Shown here piece by piece: positions 1 to 10,994 of a stretch of DNA of 64,000 nucleotides. Origin of the DNA: Candidatus Latescibacterota bacterium (GTDB lineage: Bacteria > Latescibacterota > UBA2968 > GCA-2709665); assembly GCA_965203805.1 (NCBI GenBank), contig OZ241917.1, positions 1,792,001-1,856,000 on the forward strand, read 5' to 3'. The number at the start of each line of letters is the position of its first letter. Positions within the stretch are counted from its first letter, which is position 1. The notes under the pieces were generated by a model, which saw nothing but the letters and a program-made list of their open reading frames with translations, did not search any database and was not told the origin of the DNA. The position numbers and the translations under genes were made by a program.

Positions 1-233
1 AGGAATCCACCGGCGATTTCGGCGATTTTGAAACTGCGACCGGTGCGGCCGTACTGTTCGTTCAATCCCTCAACGTACGCGCGCACGTCTCCCGGCCGCG
101 CACCGTCAAGCAACGAAGCGATCTGGCTTGCGCCGAGCGGTCTGTCAGACGCCATCAACAGCGCCTCCACAACGCCCTGATTCCGTGCCTCTGCGTCCGA
201 AGCCGCCGGATCTATGCTGTACGACTCGCCCAT
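1..233 (-). CDS. scpB: Segregation/condensation protein ScpB, N-terminal part (runs off the window)
   Basis: Manual translation from ATG at 233 gives MGESYS...VVEALLMASDRPLGASQIA...LNEQYGRTGRSFKIAEIAGGF, the ScpB N-terminal pattern; directly downstream of scpA. Confidence 0.9.
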   Translation of the reverse strand, partial: MGESYSIDPAASDAEARNQGVVEALLMASDRPLGASQIASLLDGARPGDVRAYVEGLNEQYGRTGRSFKIAEIAGGF

Positions 234-312
234 TCAATCTCGATTCGATCGAAATAGGGACCGCCTGATTCCGCTCGGGTCCCGTCATGCGCCGCCGATG
301 ATCGATACGCGG

Positions 313-1116
313 TTAACGATTGGACGCCGTTCCTGACCCGGGCTCCGTTTCCTCTACATCCCGTCGGTAAACCCAGATTTCACCGTCCGAACCGCTTTGC
401 CTGGCAAGCGCCCGTCCGGTCTTGATCAGCTCGAGCAGGGCGATGAACGTGACGATGAGGACAATTCGCGGAAGACCGGCAACCAGATCCGAGAACGGTA
501 CCCGATGCCTCTTCTTCAGTATGTTCCCGACGACCTCCATCCGTTCCCCGGTCGTGACTTCCAGCTGATGCACCTCGTGGTAATCCGCTTTCGGCGCGGC
601 GATGAGCGCCGTTCGAAACGCCGACATCAGATCGAACAGACTCACGGATCCATAGGCGGCGAACGGGTCCTGTTCGGGCTCGTCGATTTCTCCGGTGTCC
701 AGCGCGGCCCCCCGATAAAAGCTGTCCCGATGCAGATCCTGTTTGTCTTCTAGCCAACTGGCCACTTCCTTGAACTGCTGGTATTCCAGCAGGCGCCGCA
801 CCAGTTCTTCTCTCGGGTCCTCTTCCTCTTCATCCGCGTCGGGGTCCGCCGGCAGCAACAAACGCGACTTGATCTTCATCAGCGTGGCCGCCATAACCAG
901 GAAATCACCGGCAGGTTCCAGATTGAGCGTCTGCATCATTTCCACAAATTCCAGAAACTGCCGTGTGACGTCGGCGATGGGAATGTCGTAGATGTCGACC
1001 TCGTCCTTGCGTATCAGAAACAGAAGCAGATCCAGCGGCCCTTCGAAGACATCCAGCTTCACGCCGTAGGCATTGTCGCCGACATTCGGCTGTACTGCCG
1101 CAGTTTCAGCATTCAT
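313..1116 (-). CDS. scpA: Segregation/condensation protein ScpA
   Basis: VKLDVFEGPLDLLLFLIRKDEVDIYDIPIA, AGDFLVMAATLMKIKSRLLLP, DPREELVRRLLEY, TFIALLEL motifs; start moved to ATG 1116 (inferred). Confidence 0.95.
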   Translation of the reverse strand: MNAETAAVQPNVGDNAYGVKLDVFEGPLDLLLFLIRKDEVDIYDIPIADVTRQFLEFVEMMQTLNLEPAGDFLVMAATLMKIKSRLLLPADPDADEEEEDPREELVRRLLEYQQFKEVASWLEDKQDLHRDSFYRGAALDTGEIDEPEQDPFAAYGSVSLFDLMSAFRTALIAAPKADYHEVHQLEVTTGERMEVVGNILKKRHRVPFSDLVAGLPRIVLIVTFIALLELIKTGRALARQSGSDGEIWVYRRDVEETEPGSGTASNR

Positions 1117-1235
1117 TACAGCAAACCTCTCCGGCATTTCGCCGGATCCAGGGCCCGGTCGGATAAGCGCTGTCAGGTCCGGCGGAGCGAAGAACATGTC
1201 CCGTCGGCGCCGGCTGCCGGGCATGACACCAGGCA

Positions 1236-1745
1236 TCAATCCATAAAGAGATAGGGCCGCCAGCGCCTATCGGGCACACCTATCAACTGGCTGATGGACG
1301 TAACCGTACTGGGCCGGCGAGGTCGGCGCAGTAGATTGATTCCTGCCTGTTCCGGCGTCTGATTGCCCTTGAGATTATTGCAGTGCAGACAGGCGCAAAC
1401 CAGATTCTCCCACGTGTCCCGTCCGTTCCCGGTACGCGGAACCACGTGGTCGACCGTCATCGGGCCCTTTCGGGTACCGCAATACTGGCACCGGTGCCCA
1501 TCCCGTTTCAGGACGTTTTTCTTGGACAACGCAAGTTGCTTGGGAGCAACGCGCACGTAGAGCCCGAGCCGCACCACACTGGGCACAGGAAACCGTTCGG
1601 AAACCGTCCGGACATACAGATCCAGCGCCTCGATGACCTCCGCCCGCCCTCGAAATACGAGAACGATAGCCCGCCGTACGCTGCACACCTGGATGGGTTC
1701 GTAACTCTGGTTTAAAACCAGAACCGGCCGGTTAAGCAAAGGCAC
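1236..1745 (-). CDS. HNH endonuclease (McrA-like, VLVLN..YEP family)
   Basis: RDGHRCQYCG...TVDHVVPR..GRDTWENLVCACLHCNNLKG. Confidence 0.9.
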   Translation of the reverse strand: MPLLNRPVLVLNQSYEPIQVCSVRRAIVLVFRGRAEVIEALDLYVRTVSERFPVPSVVRLGLYVRVAPKQLALSKKNVLKRDGHRCQYCGTRKGPMTVDHVVPRTGNGRDTWENLVCACLHCNNLKGNQTPEQAGINLLRRPRRPSTVTSISQLIGVPDRRWRPYLFMD

Positions 1746-2003
1746 ACACCCCCTTTGTCTACAACCCGGGGCAAGGAAGATCGCACGCCGCTGAAGTGGC
1801 CTTACCGCATTGCGGTTGACTCGGCCCGCATCGCGGCGTCAGCAGGCCGGCGCCCGGCGGACGTTATTGATGGCCCGGATCGCATGCGTCGTCGGGCCAG
1901 TTCGGCAAGCTTGCTTCGACAGGCCCGGCACCGGCAGCGCGAGCAACGCCGCGAGACGGGATAAATCGTCGGCCGAACGGTGAGGTACTATTGGAACAGG
2001 ACA

Positions 2004-2390
2004 CTAATACTCGTCAATAAGCTCGCCGTAAGCCTGAGGGCTAAGAAGCGTTTCGAGTTCGTTATCACGGGTCATCCGAACCACAATCATCCAGCCCTCG
2101 CCATATGGATCCGAATTGATCGGAGCCGCGTCTTCGCCGAGTTCCTCGTGGACCTCGAGCACGACGCCGGTCACCGGCGCGTAGAGGTCCTCCACGGTCT
2201 TCACCGCCTCGATCGTCCCGAATGGCTCGCCCTGCTCAATCTCATCGCCGGCTTCCGGCAATTCGGCAAAGACAATGTCTCCCAATTCACCCTGCGCATA
2301 GTCCGTGATGCCAATCGTACCCCGTTCACCCTCGATACGAATCCATTCGTGCTCCTGCGTGTACAGGAGGCCTTCCGGAATCTCCGACAT
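2004..2390 (-). CDS. gcvH: Glycine cleavage system H protein
   Basis: HEW, GITDYAQGELGDIVF, IEAVK lipoyl-lysine motif, INSDPYGEGW. Confidence 0.97.
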   Translation of the reverse strand: MSEIPEGLLYTQEHEWIRIEGERGTIGITDYAQGELGDIVFAELPEAGDEIEQGEPFGTIEAVKTVEDLYAPVTGVVLEVHEELGEDAAPINSDPYGEGWMIVVRMTRDNELETLLSPQAYGELIDEY

Positions 2391-2484
2391 GATTGATGAC
2401 TCCCGAAAGAGAGTATGGTATCCCGGTCGGGATGCAAGCCGACCGGACAGCTATTGTCTTATGGAAACGGGCGCCGGCCGAGAA

Positions 2485-3843
2485 TCAGACGCCATACCCC
2501 AACCTGGCCACGAATTCCGTGTCGATCCGACTCTGCCGAAAATCCGCGTGCCGCATCGCTTTGAGATGAAATGGAATGGTTGTCGGGATCCCCTCGATCA
2601 CGAACTCCTCCAGCGCGCGGTCCATGCGCGCCGTTGCTTCCTCCCGTGTGTCTCCATACGCCAGCAACTTGGCGAGGAGCGAATCGTAGTGGGAAGGCAC
2701 ACGATAGCCGGCATACGCATGTGAGTCGATTCGGATACCAGGCCCGCCGGGCGCATGGAACGTGCTGATTTCCCCCGCGGACGGTCGGAAGTTGTGATCG
2801 GGATCTTCCGCGTTGATCCGGCATTCGATGGCGTGCCCCGATGGCTGTATGTCTTCCTGGACAAACGGAAGCGGCTCTCCCGCGGCGACCCGGACCTGGG
2901 TCTTTACCAGATCGATACCCGTCACCAACTCGGTAACGGGGTGCTCGACCTGAATGCGGGTGTTCATTTCAAGGAAATAAAACGTCCCGGACGCATCCAG
3001 CAGAAATTCCACGGTTCCCGCGCCCGTATAACCCACCGCCATTGCCCCCGCAACGGCTTCTTTGCCCATCCGCCGGCGCAGTTCCTCGTCGACCACGGGT
3101 GACGGTGACTCCTCGATCAGCTTCTGATGGCGCCTCTGGATGGAACACTCACGTTCACCGAGATGCACGATATTCCCGGCCTGATCGCCCATCACCTGGA
3201 TTTCCACGTGTCTGGGCGCCACAACTTCCTTTTCCAGATAAAGGGTGCCCGAGGTGAACGCCGCGGACGCTTCGGCCTGTGCCGCATTCCATGCCCGTTC
3301 GAGGCCGTCCTCCGAATCCACGGTGCGCATGCCCCTGCCGCCGCCGCCGGCAACCGCTTTCAAGCGAATCGGGTAACCAATCTCTTCGGCGGCACGCTCA
3401 GCCTCGTCAAGGGTGTGCAATACCCCTGTGCCCGGCGCTACCGGCACGGCCGCGGCCAGCATCGTTTCCCGCGCGACGGCTTTGTCACCCATCCGGCGAA
3501 TGGCCTCCGGAGACGGTCCTATGAACACGATGCCGCATGATGCGCACATCTCGGCGAAATCCGCGTTCTCCGCCAATGGACCGTACCCCGGATGGATCGC
3601 ATCGGCATTGGTCACCTCGGCGGCGCTCAGTATACGGGGGATGTTCCGGTAGCTCTGGTCTCCCGGTGGCGGCCCGATGCAGACGTCCTCGTCGGCAACC
3701 CCGATATGCAGCGAATTGGCATCGGCTTCCGAATGGATTGCAACTGTCCGGATGCCGAGTTCCTTGCATGCCCGGATGACACGCACGGCGATTTCGCCCC
3801 GGTCGGCAATCAGGATCTTATTGAATAAGGGAGTGGATGACAC
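2485..3843 (-). CDS. accC: Acetyl-CoA carboxylase biotin carboxylase subunit
   Basis: [62 protein letters not shown]. Confidence 0.97.
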   Translation of the reverse strand: MSSTPLFNKILIADRGEIAVRVIRACKELGIRTVAIHSEADANSLHIGVADEDVCIGPPPGDQSYRNIPRILSAAEVTNADAIHPGYGPLAENADFAEMCASCGIVFIGPSPEAIRRMGDKAVARETMLAAAVPVAPGTGVLHTLDEAERAAEEIGYPIRLKAVAGGGGRGMRTVDSEDGLERAWNAAQAEASAAFTSGTLYLEKEVVAPRHVEIQVMGDQAGNIVHLGERECSIQRRHQKLIEESPSPVVDEELRRRMGKEAVAGAMAVGYTGAGTVEFLLDASGTFYFLEMNTRIQVEHPVTELVTGIDLVKTQVRVAAGEPLPFVQEDIQPSGHAIECRINAEDPDHNFRPSAGEISTFHAPGGPGIRIDSHAYAGYRVPSHYDSLLAKLLAYGDTREEATARMDRALEEFVIEGIPTTIPFHLKAMRHADFRQSRIDTEFVARLGYGV

Positions 3844-3902
3844 GACTGATTCGGTGGGACGGTGGCCGGAGCCGCCGCAGAAGTGAAAGAAGCGCCTTGG
3901 AA

Positions 3903-4376
3903 TTACAGCGGTTCGATGAGGAAAAGAGGCGTATTGTATTCCACCGGATTGCCATTCTCGACGAGGACGCGGACCACCCGACCCGCTGCATCCGCTTCGA
4001 TTTCATTCATAATCTTCATGGCTTCGATGATGCAAATGGTCTGCCCGACCGACACGACGTCGCCCTCCTCCACAAATGGCGGCGAATCCGGATTGGGCGC
4101 ACGATAAAACATGCCTACCATCGGCGAACTTATGCTGTGCAACCCTGCTGTCTCGTCCGCCTCGCGGGCAGCAGAGCTTTCGCCGGCATCGGCGGGTTGC
4201 GAAGCAGCGGGTGCCTGGGCAACCGGCTGGACCGCGGCTGTACTGATTCCCGCAGCGACACGTATTTTTCGAAGCCCCAGCACGCCACGCTCGATTTCAA
4301 TCTCCCGGACCTGGTCTTCTCCAACCAGTTCGATCAGCTGCTTCAGGGTGTCCATCGACGCTTTCGAGAGTTTCAC
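3903..4376 (-). CDS. accB: Biotin carboxyl carrier protein
   Basis: [24 protein letters not shown] biotinylation motif, Ala/Pro linker. Confidence 0.97.
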   Translation of the reverse strand: MKLSKASMDTLKQLIELVGEDQVREIEIERGVLGLRKIRVAAGISTAAVQPVAQAPAASQPADAGESSAAREADETAGLHSISSPMVGMFYRAPNPDSPPFVEEGDVVSVGQTICIIEAMKIMNEIEADAAGRVVRVLVENGNPVEYNTPLFLIEPL

Positions 4377-4524
4377 GCGCGCTCCTTCAAAAAAACGACG
4401 GCAGGCAACGAACGTCCGTTTTCAGAAACGTGCTGCCACACGGCAATCCGTTTCCGGTTCAGTACACCATGCATCAGGGCGCGCCGGCCGCGATGCGCCG
4501 ATACCGGGTTCCGACGTTTCAGGT

Positions 4525-5082
4525 TCAAACTCGCTCGACGTACGTCTCTGTTCGGGTATCGATTTTCAATACGTCGCCCCTCTCCACAAACAGGGGCACC
4601 TGGACCGAAGCTCCTGTTTCCAGCACGGCCGGTTTGCTTCCACCGCTGGCGGTATCTCCCCGCAGCCCGGGGTCCGTTTCCGTTACTTCAAGCTCGACAA
4701 AAATCGGCAGTGCGACGCTCACGGCGTTCTGCTCGGCGACCAGAACTTCGAGAATCTCGTTCTCTTTCAGATACTTGACCGCGTTTCCCATCACCTCGGG
4801 AGACAGTTCATACTGATCGTAGGTCTCGCTATCCATAAAACAGTAGAGATCTCCGGACTGGTAGAGGAACTGCATCTTTCGCCGTTCCAGTCGAACATCG
4901 TCCACCTTGTCTCCTGAACGGAACGTCCTGTCTATCATTGCGCCCGTTTTCACACGCTTGAGCCGTGTTCGCACGACGGCTGCGCCCTTGCCTGGTTTGA
5001 AATGTTCGAATTCGACCATATAATAGAGATCGCCGTCCAGACGCAAGACCATGCCATTTCTGAATTCAGAGGTTGAAACCAT
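4525..5082 (-). CDS. efp: Elongation factor P
   Basis: KPGKGAA, PGLRGDTASGGSKPAVLETG, IDTRT..YVER. Confidence 0.98.
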   Translation of the reverse strand: MVSTSEFRNGMVLRLDGDLYYMVEFEHFKPGKGAAVVRTRLKRVKTGAMIDRTFRSGDKVDDVRLERRKMQFLYQSGDLYCFMDSETYDQYELSPEVMGNAVKYLKENEILEVLVAEQNAVSVALPIFVELEVTETDPGLRGDTASGGSKPAVLETGASVQVPLFVERGDVLKIDTRTETYVERV

Positions 5083-5091
5083 CGTTCGGAA

Positions 5092-5838
5092 TTATCCTCC
5101 CGCCCGCGTTCCTTCCAATTTCTGAAGTTCCTTCAGCCGCTTCTTTATCGTCTTATCGTCCGGCTCACGCTCACGAACCTGCTTCAGAACAGCCACCGCT
5201 TCTTCAATCAAACCCTGGGCCACGTACAGTTCAGCAAGAGTCGGGGTTGCGATCGGTGCGATTCCGTTGCCGGCTTCGGATATCGCGGCCCGGTCTCCGG
5301 CAGAGCCACGCTGGCCCGGAAGGTCCTGCGACAGATGGGGAAAATCCTCACGTTGGCCCGAAACCCGGTCTGCTTTGCCGCTGTCTTCGGACGCCTCGCT
5401 CGCGGGCCCCATACCGGATCCGGAGGCCGGTTCGTCTCCCGGCCGCCCGCCGGCGTCCATCTCGGCAATCAGCAGCCGACTCATCGGATCGACCGCGAGG
5501 GCGCACCTGAAATACTGCAGTGCGCGTTCCTCGAAGCCCAGTCTTCTTTCGACCAGGCCGAGCAGCCAGCAGGCTGCAGGATTGTCCTGATCCAGCGCGA
5601 GCGTGTCGTGAAATTCCCGGCGGGCCTCATCAAAACGTCCCGCCGCCATGTGACACCTGCCCATAACGAGATGGCCGGTAGGGTAAAACGGGCGGTATCT
5701 GAGGCCCTCCCGGCAGATCTCCGTTGCACGTTCCGTGTTGCCCGATCGCAGCATCCCGTCGGCGAGGCGGGCAAACAGAATCGACGCGGGATTCTTGCTG
5801 CATATTCGTTCAAGCTGTGCAATAGATGTGGCCGTCAT
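5092..5838 (-). CDS. Tetratricopeptide-repeat protein
   Basis: NPASILFARLAD N-terminus, several TPR-like helix pairs, low-complexity linker, C-terminal ATPTLAELYVAQG motif; start inferred. Confidence 0.8.
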   Translation of the reverse strand: MTATSIAQLERICSKNPASILFARLADGMLRSGNTERATEICREGLRYRPFYPTGHLVMGRCHMAAGRFDEARREFHDTLALDQDNPAACWLLGLVERRLGFEERALQYFRCALAVDPMSRLLIAEMDAGGRPGDEPASGSGMGPASEASEDSGKADRVSGQREDFPHLSQDLPGQRGSAGDRAAISEAGNGIAPIATPTLAELYVAQGLIEEAVAVLKQVREREPDDKTIKKRLKELQKLEGTRAGG

Positions 5839-6133
5839 CGTGTCACTACCCCGTCTGAACCGGAGGGAATTATAGGAAAAAGCCCGATGCTTGTCAAGGC
5901 CGCGACAATGCGACCGTCCCTCGACTTCCGCGCCGTGCAAGCCGGCACGTATCAAACCGGCGGCACGTGGGCCCGAGAAGACTGAACGATGCTGCAATTC
6001 TATTCCTCCCGGCGCCAGGCCGCCGGGCCGGTTTTGTCCTTGAATTGGCTTGTGTGAATTTGGGCGATGTGCTATATTCAAAGCCGTTTAAGGCGCTTTT
6101 TCGTACCTGCTCTGTCCGCTCCGGGAGGCGGCT

Positions 6134-6655
6134 ATGGAACTCATCAAGCTGTTTGTTTCATTCACGAAAGTCGGTATTTTTGCGTACGGGGGCGGACCGT
6201 CGATGATTCCGCTGGTCCAGGAGGAAGTCGTCGACGTGCACGGCTGGATGACCATCGAAGAGTTCACCGACGCGCTCGCGATGGGCTACGCGCTTCCAGG
6301 CCCGATCGCGACGAAAATGGCCGCGTACATCGGTTACCAGGTCGCACAGACACCAGGCCTGATCGTCGCGCTTTTCGGTACGGTCTTTCCCTCCCTCATC
6401 CTGATGATGATTCTGGGGCTGTTCTTCATGGCCTATAAGGGCGCGCCCGCAGTCCAGGCCATGCTCAAGGCCGTCCGGCCGGCGGTCGTCGGCCTCCTTC
6501 TCGTCGTGGTCTGGCAGATGGCGCCCAAGTCCGTAAATTCATGGCACACAGGCCTGATCGCCATAGCGGCTTTTGTCGCAATCCATTTCCTGAACCTGCA
6601 TCCGGCGGTCGCGATTGTCAGCACCGCGGTTCTGGGCCTGGCTGTATACCGGTAA
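6134..6655 (+). CDS. Short-chain chromate transporter (CHR family)
   Basis: KVGIFAYGGG, ALPGPIA motifs, hydrophobic helices, GGAGG RBS upstream. Confidence 0.9.
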   Translation: MELIKLFVSFTKVGIFAYGGGPSMIPLVQEEVVDVHGWMTIEEFTDALAMGYALPGPIATKMAAYIGYQVAQTPGLIVALFGTVFPSLILMMILGLFFMAYKGAPAVQAMLKAVRPAVVGLLLVVVWQMAPKSVNSWHTGLIAIAAFVAIHFLNLHPAVAIVSTAVLGLAVYR

Positions 6656-6697
6656 TAATAGGACACCCGTACCGCCTTCGAAGGAGCTCGTCGTCGA

Positions 6698-7726
6698 ATG
6701 AAGGACTACTCGAGTATTGAACACAAAGCGCTGAAAAACAAATGTTTATCCAATCAGGAGATGCTGGCGGTGCTCGATACGCCAAACGAAGACCTGCTCC
6801 TCCTGATCCACGCGGCCTACCGCGTTCGCCACCGGTATTTCGGAAACGGTGTCCGGCTTCATGTGCTGCAGAACGCCAAGAGCGGACTGTGTCCGGAAGA
6901 TTGCGCCTACTGTTCCCAATCTGCGGTATCCACGGCGGACATCAGCAAATATCCGCTGTTGCCGCGAGAACAGATCCTTGACGGCGCCAGAAGGGCCAAG
7001 GCGGGCAGGGCATTGCGCTATTGCATCGTCACCAGCGGAAGAGGCCCGACCAACAGGGAAGTTGAAACCATTGCAGATATCGTGCGCGAAGTCAAACAAA
7101 CCGTCGACATCGACATCTGCTGCTGTATGGGGCTGCTGGATGAAGCGCAGGCCAGAACGTTGAAAGCCGCCGGTGTGGACCGGATCAATCACAACCTCAA
7201 CACCAGCGCCGAACACCACGGCAATATCGTGACCACCCACACCTACTCGGACCGTTTGAATACCCTTAAGGCCGTCAGGGCCGCCGGCCTCGAGACCTGC
7301 TGCGGCGGAATCATCGGGATGGGAGAGTCCAGGCAGGACATCGTAGACCTGGCCGTGGCCTTACGGGAACTCGACATCGATTCGATCCCCGTCAATTTTC
7401 TACATCCTATCGAAGGCACCCCACTGGCCGGGCGGAAACCGACGTCGCCGCAGGATGGCCTGAAGGCCCTGTGCCTGTTCCGTTTTGTCAATCCGAACAA
7501 GGAAATCCGCATCGCAGGCGGGCGCGAACTCACGCTCCGCTCCCTCCAGGCCCTTGCTCTGTACCCCGCGAACTCCGTCTTTATGGAAGGTTATCTGACG
7601 ACGGGAGGACAATCCACGTCGGAGACCCATCGTCTCATCGAGGATATGGGATTCGAAGTCGAAGAAAAGTGGCAATCTGAAGACGGATCGGACGCGCCCT
7701 TATCAGCCCATGTGGACCTACGATAA
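6698..7726 (+). CDS. bioB: Biotin synthase
   Basis: [17 protein letters not shown] radical-SAM motif, [29 protein letters not shown]. Confidence 0.96.
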   Translation: MKDYSSIEHKALKNKCLSNQEMLAVLDTPNEDLLLLIHAAYRVRHRYFGNGVRLHVLQNAKSGLCPEDCAYCSQSAVSTADISKYPLLPREQILDGARRAKAGRALRYCIVTSGRGPTNREVETIADIVREVKQTVDIDICCCMGLLDEAQARTLKAAGVDRINHNLNTSAEHHGNIVTTHTYSDRLNTLKAVRAAGLETCCGGIIGMGESRQDIVDLAVALRELDIDSIPVNFLHPIEGTPLAGRKPTSPQDGLKALCLFRFVNPNKEIRIAGGRELTLRSLQALALYPANSVFMEGYLTTGGQSTSETHRLIEDMGFEVEEKWQSEDGSDAPLSAHVDLR

Positions 7727-9590
7727 ACACTACGACGTCATCGTTGTCGGCGCGGGACACGCCGGGGCCGAGGCCGCGCTGGCAGGCGCGCGCATGGGGT
7801 GCAGCACGCTGCTTCTGACGATGAATCTGGATACGGTCGCCCAGATGTCCTGCAATCCGGCGGTTGGAGGTATCGCGAAGGGCCACATGGTGCGCGAGAT
7901 CGATGCTTTGGGCGGTGAAATGGCGCAGAACATCGACGCAACGGGTCTGCAATTCCGTCTGCTGAACCGGAGCAAGGGGCCGGCGGTGCAGGCACCCCGC
8001 GCGCAGGCCGACAAGAAAGCGTATCAGTACCGCATGAAATACGTCGTGGAAAGTCAGCCGAACCTGGACCTCAAGCAGGGCCTCATCGAAGACCTGCTGG
8101 TCGACGACGGGCGCATAAGGGGCATCCTCACCAGGTCCCGCACGATATTCCTGGGGCGGACGGTCATACTCACCACAGGCACGTTTCTGCGGGGACTGAT
8201 CCACGTCGGAGACCGGTCGCACAGCGCGGGACGCGCCGGGGAGCAATCCGCGGAACGGGCATCGGGCGGCCTACGGCGCCTGGGATTCGAGCTGGGCAGA
8301 TTGAAGACAGGGACGCCGCCCAGGATCAATTCCCGCAGCGTCGATTACAGCGCTATGGACATCCAGCCCGGAGACGAGCATCCGTGCCCCTTCTCCTACC
8401 GGACCAGGGCGATCACGCAGGAACAGCTCAATTGCCACATAACCTGCACCACGCCGGCTACGCACGAGATCATCCGCCGGAACCTGGATCGCTCGGCAAT
8501 GTACAGCGGACGTATTCAGTCCGTGGGGCCGCGGTACTGTCCTTCGATCGAAGACAAAGTCGTCAGATTCGCCGACAGGCGGAAACACCAGCTCTTTGTG
8601 GAGCCGGAAGGTTACGACACTCTGGAAGTCTACCTCAACGGGCTGTCGATGAGCCTGCCCGAAGACGTTCAGGTCGAGGTTGTCCGCAGCGTTCCCGGCC
8701 TGGAAAAAGCGGAAATCATGCGGCCGGGCTATGCCGTCGAATACGACTATGTCCCGCCTACGCAGATCCTTCCCACCCTGGAAACCAAACCGGTCCGGGG
8801 TCTGTATTTCGCGGGGCAGATCAACGGCACCACGGGCTACGAGGAAGCGGCCGGACAGGGTCTGATGGCGGGCGTCAATGCCGCATTGCGCGTCCGGAAC
8901 GAAGACGCGCTCGTTCTGGACCGGGCCCAGGCCTATATAGGCGTACTGATCGACGATCTCACGACCAAAGGTACCGATGAGCCGTACCGGATGTTCACGT
9001 CACTCGCGGAATACCGACTGCTGCTGAGGCACGACAACGCCGACCTTCGTCTGACCGAAATCGGCCGCAAGATCGGGCTGGTTTCCGACAGTGCGTACAA
9101 CTCCTTCAGGCATCGCGCAGGAGCGATCGCCGCCGAACAGCGCCGCCTGAAAAGTGTAAGCGTCAAGCCATCGAGCCGGGTTCAGCAGTACCTTCGGGAA
9201 GCGGGTACAACCCCTCTCGCTCAGGCCGCGCCGCTGGTCGACCTGTTGCGCCGACCCCAGATCGACTATCGGTTTGTGCAAGAAGTGGCGCCTCCTCCCG
9301 CGCCGCTGCCTCCCGACGTATGCCAATCCGTTGAGGTGGAACTCAAGTACGAAGGTTACATCAGACGCCAGGAGACGCAGGTGGCCAGGTTTCAGGATCT
9401 GGAGGCAAGGCGTCTTCCCGAAAACATCAACTATCTGGACCTTCCCGCCATCTCCCGTGAGGCCGCGGAAAAACTCTCGCGGGTGCGCCCCCGCTCCCTG
9501 GGTCAGGCGTCCCGGATTCCGGGCGTCTCACCCGCGGACATATCCGCCCTGCTGGTCATCCTGAGAGCCCGTGCCCGAGGCGCGGCATGA
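7710..9590 (+). CDS. mnmG: tRNA U34 carboxymethylaminomethyl modification enzyme MnmG/GidA
   Basis: [57 protein letters not shown]. Confidence 0.98.
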   Translation: MWTYDKHYDVIVVGAGHAGAEAALAGARMGCSTLLLTMNLDTVAQMSCNPAVGGIAKGHMVREIDALGGEMAQNIDATGLQFRLLNRSKGPAVQAPRAQADKKAYQYRMKYVVESQPNLDLKQGLIEDLLVDDGRIRGILTRSRTIFLGRTVILTTGTFLRGLIHVGDRSHSAGRAGEQSAERASGGLRRLGFELGRLKTGTPPRINSRSVDYSAMDIQPGDEHPCPFSYRTRAITQEQLNCHITCTTPATHEIIRRNLDRSAMYSGRIQSVGPRYCPSIEDKVVRFADRRKHQLFVEPEGYDTLEVYLNGLSMSLPEDVQVEVVRSVPGLEKAEIMRPGYAVEYDYVPPTQILPTLETKPVRGLYFAGQINGTTGYEEAAGQGLMAGVNAALRVRNEDALVLDRAQAYIGVLIDDLTTKGTDEPYRMFTSLAEYRLLLRHDNADLRLTEIGRKIGLVSDSAYNSFRHRAGAIAAEQRRLKSVSVKPSSRVQQYLREAGTTPLAQAAPLVDLLRRPQIDYRFVQEVAPPPAPLPPDVCQSVEVELKYEGYIRRQETQVARFQDLEARRLPENINYLDLPAISREAAEKLSRVRPRSLGQASRIPGVSPADISALLVILRARARGAA

Positions 9591-10447
9591 CTGTCGGCGC
9601 GACGCAGGTACAGGCCATTCTCTCGCTGCTGGCCGACCGTGACGCCGAGATCGTTGACATCGTCCGGAACAAACTGTTCACGATGGGCGAGCCGGTTGTT
9701 CGAATGATTCTGGATGCGGCGCCGAAAGGGTCGCCTGCACAACGGGAAGCGGGCAGGATTCTGTTGTGCCTTAAGGATCCTCCACTGGAAGCACAAATCC
9801 GGAATCTGCAGGAGAACCCAGCCGGCGACATCGACCTGGAAACGGCGTCTTTTACCCTGGCCAGGCTCGCATATCCCGCCCTCGACATCCAGCATTACCG
9901 AAGTCGGCTCAACAAGATGGCGGACGACCTGGCGCTATCGGTCGCCCCCGACGACCATCCGCTCCGGGTCATTCAGACCCTGAACCAATATATCTTCGAG
10001 TCACAGGGATTCCGAGGCCGGAAAAATGAACCCGTCGGTCCCGACGCCAGTTACATGAACCGGGTTCTGGATCGTAAGACGGGCCTTCCCATCTCAATAT
10101 CGGCGCTGTACATTTTCCTGGCCCGCCGGCTTGATCTTCCAATCTTCGGTGTCGGAATGCCCATACACTTTATCGCAAAGTACAAGTCGACCGACGGCAC
10201 CGAGTACCTGTTCGATCCCTGCAACAAGGGGCAGCTCTTGACGGCGAATGAATGCGCGGAATTCCTCTGGCGTTTCGACGTGGCATTCGAGCCAGCCATG
10301 CTGCGCCCGTCATCCGACCGGCTGATTCTCACGCGCATGATGCTCAACCTGTGCGCTGCCTACAGAAATCAAAACGATACGCGAAAGATCGACGCGCTCC
10401 AGCGTCTGGTCCGGATCGTCCTCAAGCATTCTCCGTTACAGGAATAA
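9587..10447 (+). CDS. SirB1 / transglutaminase-like core protein
   Basis: GFRG...[48 protein letters not shown]. Confidence 0.85.
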   Translation: MTVGATQVQAILSLLADRDAEIVDIVRNKLFTMGEPVVRMILDAAPKGSPAQREAGRILLCLKDPPLEAQIRNLQENPAGDIDLETASFTLARLAYPALDIQHYRSRLNKMADDLALSVAPDDHPLRVIQTLNQYIFESQGFRGRKNEPVGPDASYMNRVLDRKTGLPISISALYIFLARRLDLPIFGVGMPIHFIAKYKSTDGTEYLFDPCNKGQLLTANECAEFLWRFDVAFEPAMLRPSSDRLILTRMMLNLCAAYRNQNDTRKIDALQRLVRIVLKHSPLQE

Positions 10448-10526
10448 CCGATTCCTTCAATTCCGAATTACCCGGCCGGACGTTCCCTAATTGAGGGGAA
10501 CCCGCGTCCGTCGCAGTGCCCGACTC

Positions 10527-10994
10527 ATGCCCGAGAATACCAAAATTGTCGCGAAGAACCGCAAAGCCGGACGAGACTACTTTTTCGTTGACGGCTACGA
10601 AGCCGGTATCGAGCTCAAAGGTACGGAGGTGAAGTCGCTGCGCCTCGGCAACGCAAATATGGCCGACAGCTATGCTCGCGTGGAAAACGGGGAGGTCTAC
10701 CTGCACAACCTTCACATCGGCGAATACACCCAGGCCAACCGCTTGAATCACGATCCTGTCCGCAAACGCCGTCTGTTGCTCCACAGATACGAAATCGACC
10801 GGCTAAGGGTCCGTACCGAAGAAAAGGGGCTGACACTGGTCGCCGTGAGGCTTTACTTCAAACGCGGCAGAGTCAAGGTCGAACTTGCCCTCGCCAGGGG
10901 CAAACGCGAATACGACCGGCGCCGGGAGATTGCCAAACGCGACGCACAACGTGAGATGCGGCGAGAACTCAAGGCACGCGCAACGCGGTCTTGA
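10527..10994 (+). CDS. smpB: SsrA-binding protein
   Basis: NRKA, EAGIELKGTEVKSLR, NHDPVRKRRLLLH, ARGKREYDRR. Confidence 0.97.
   Translation: MPENTKIVAKNRKAGRDYFFVDGYEAGIELKGTEVKSLRLGNANMADSYARVENGEVYLHNLHIGEYTQANRLNHDPVRKRRLLLHRYEIDRLRVRTEEKGLTLVAVRLYFKRGRVKVELALARGKREYDRRREIAKRDAQREMRRELKARATRS

Noticed and set aside
1760-1975. REP-like or riboswitch sequence between gcvH and the HNH gene (cttcgacaggc; tggcccg...cgggcca hairpin)
   Set aside because: Single copy in the window and no recognisable aptamer consensus, including the glycine riboswitch
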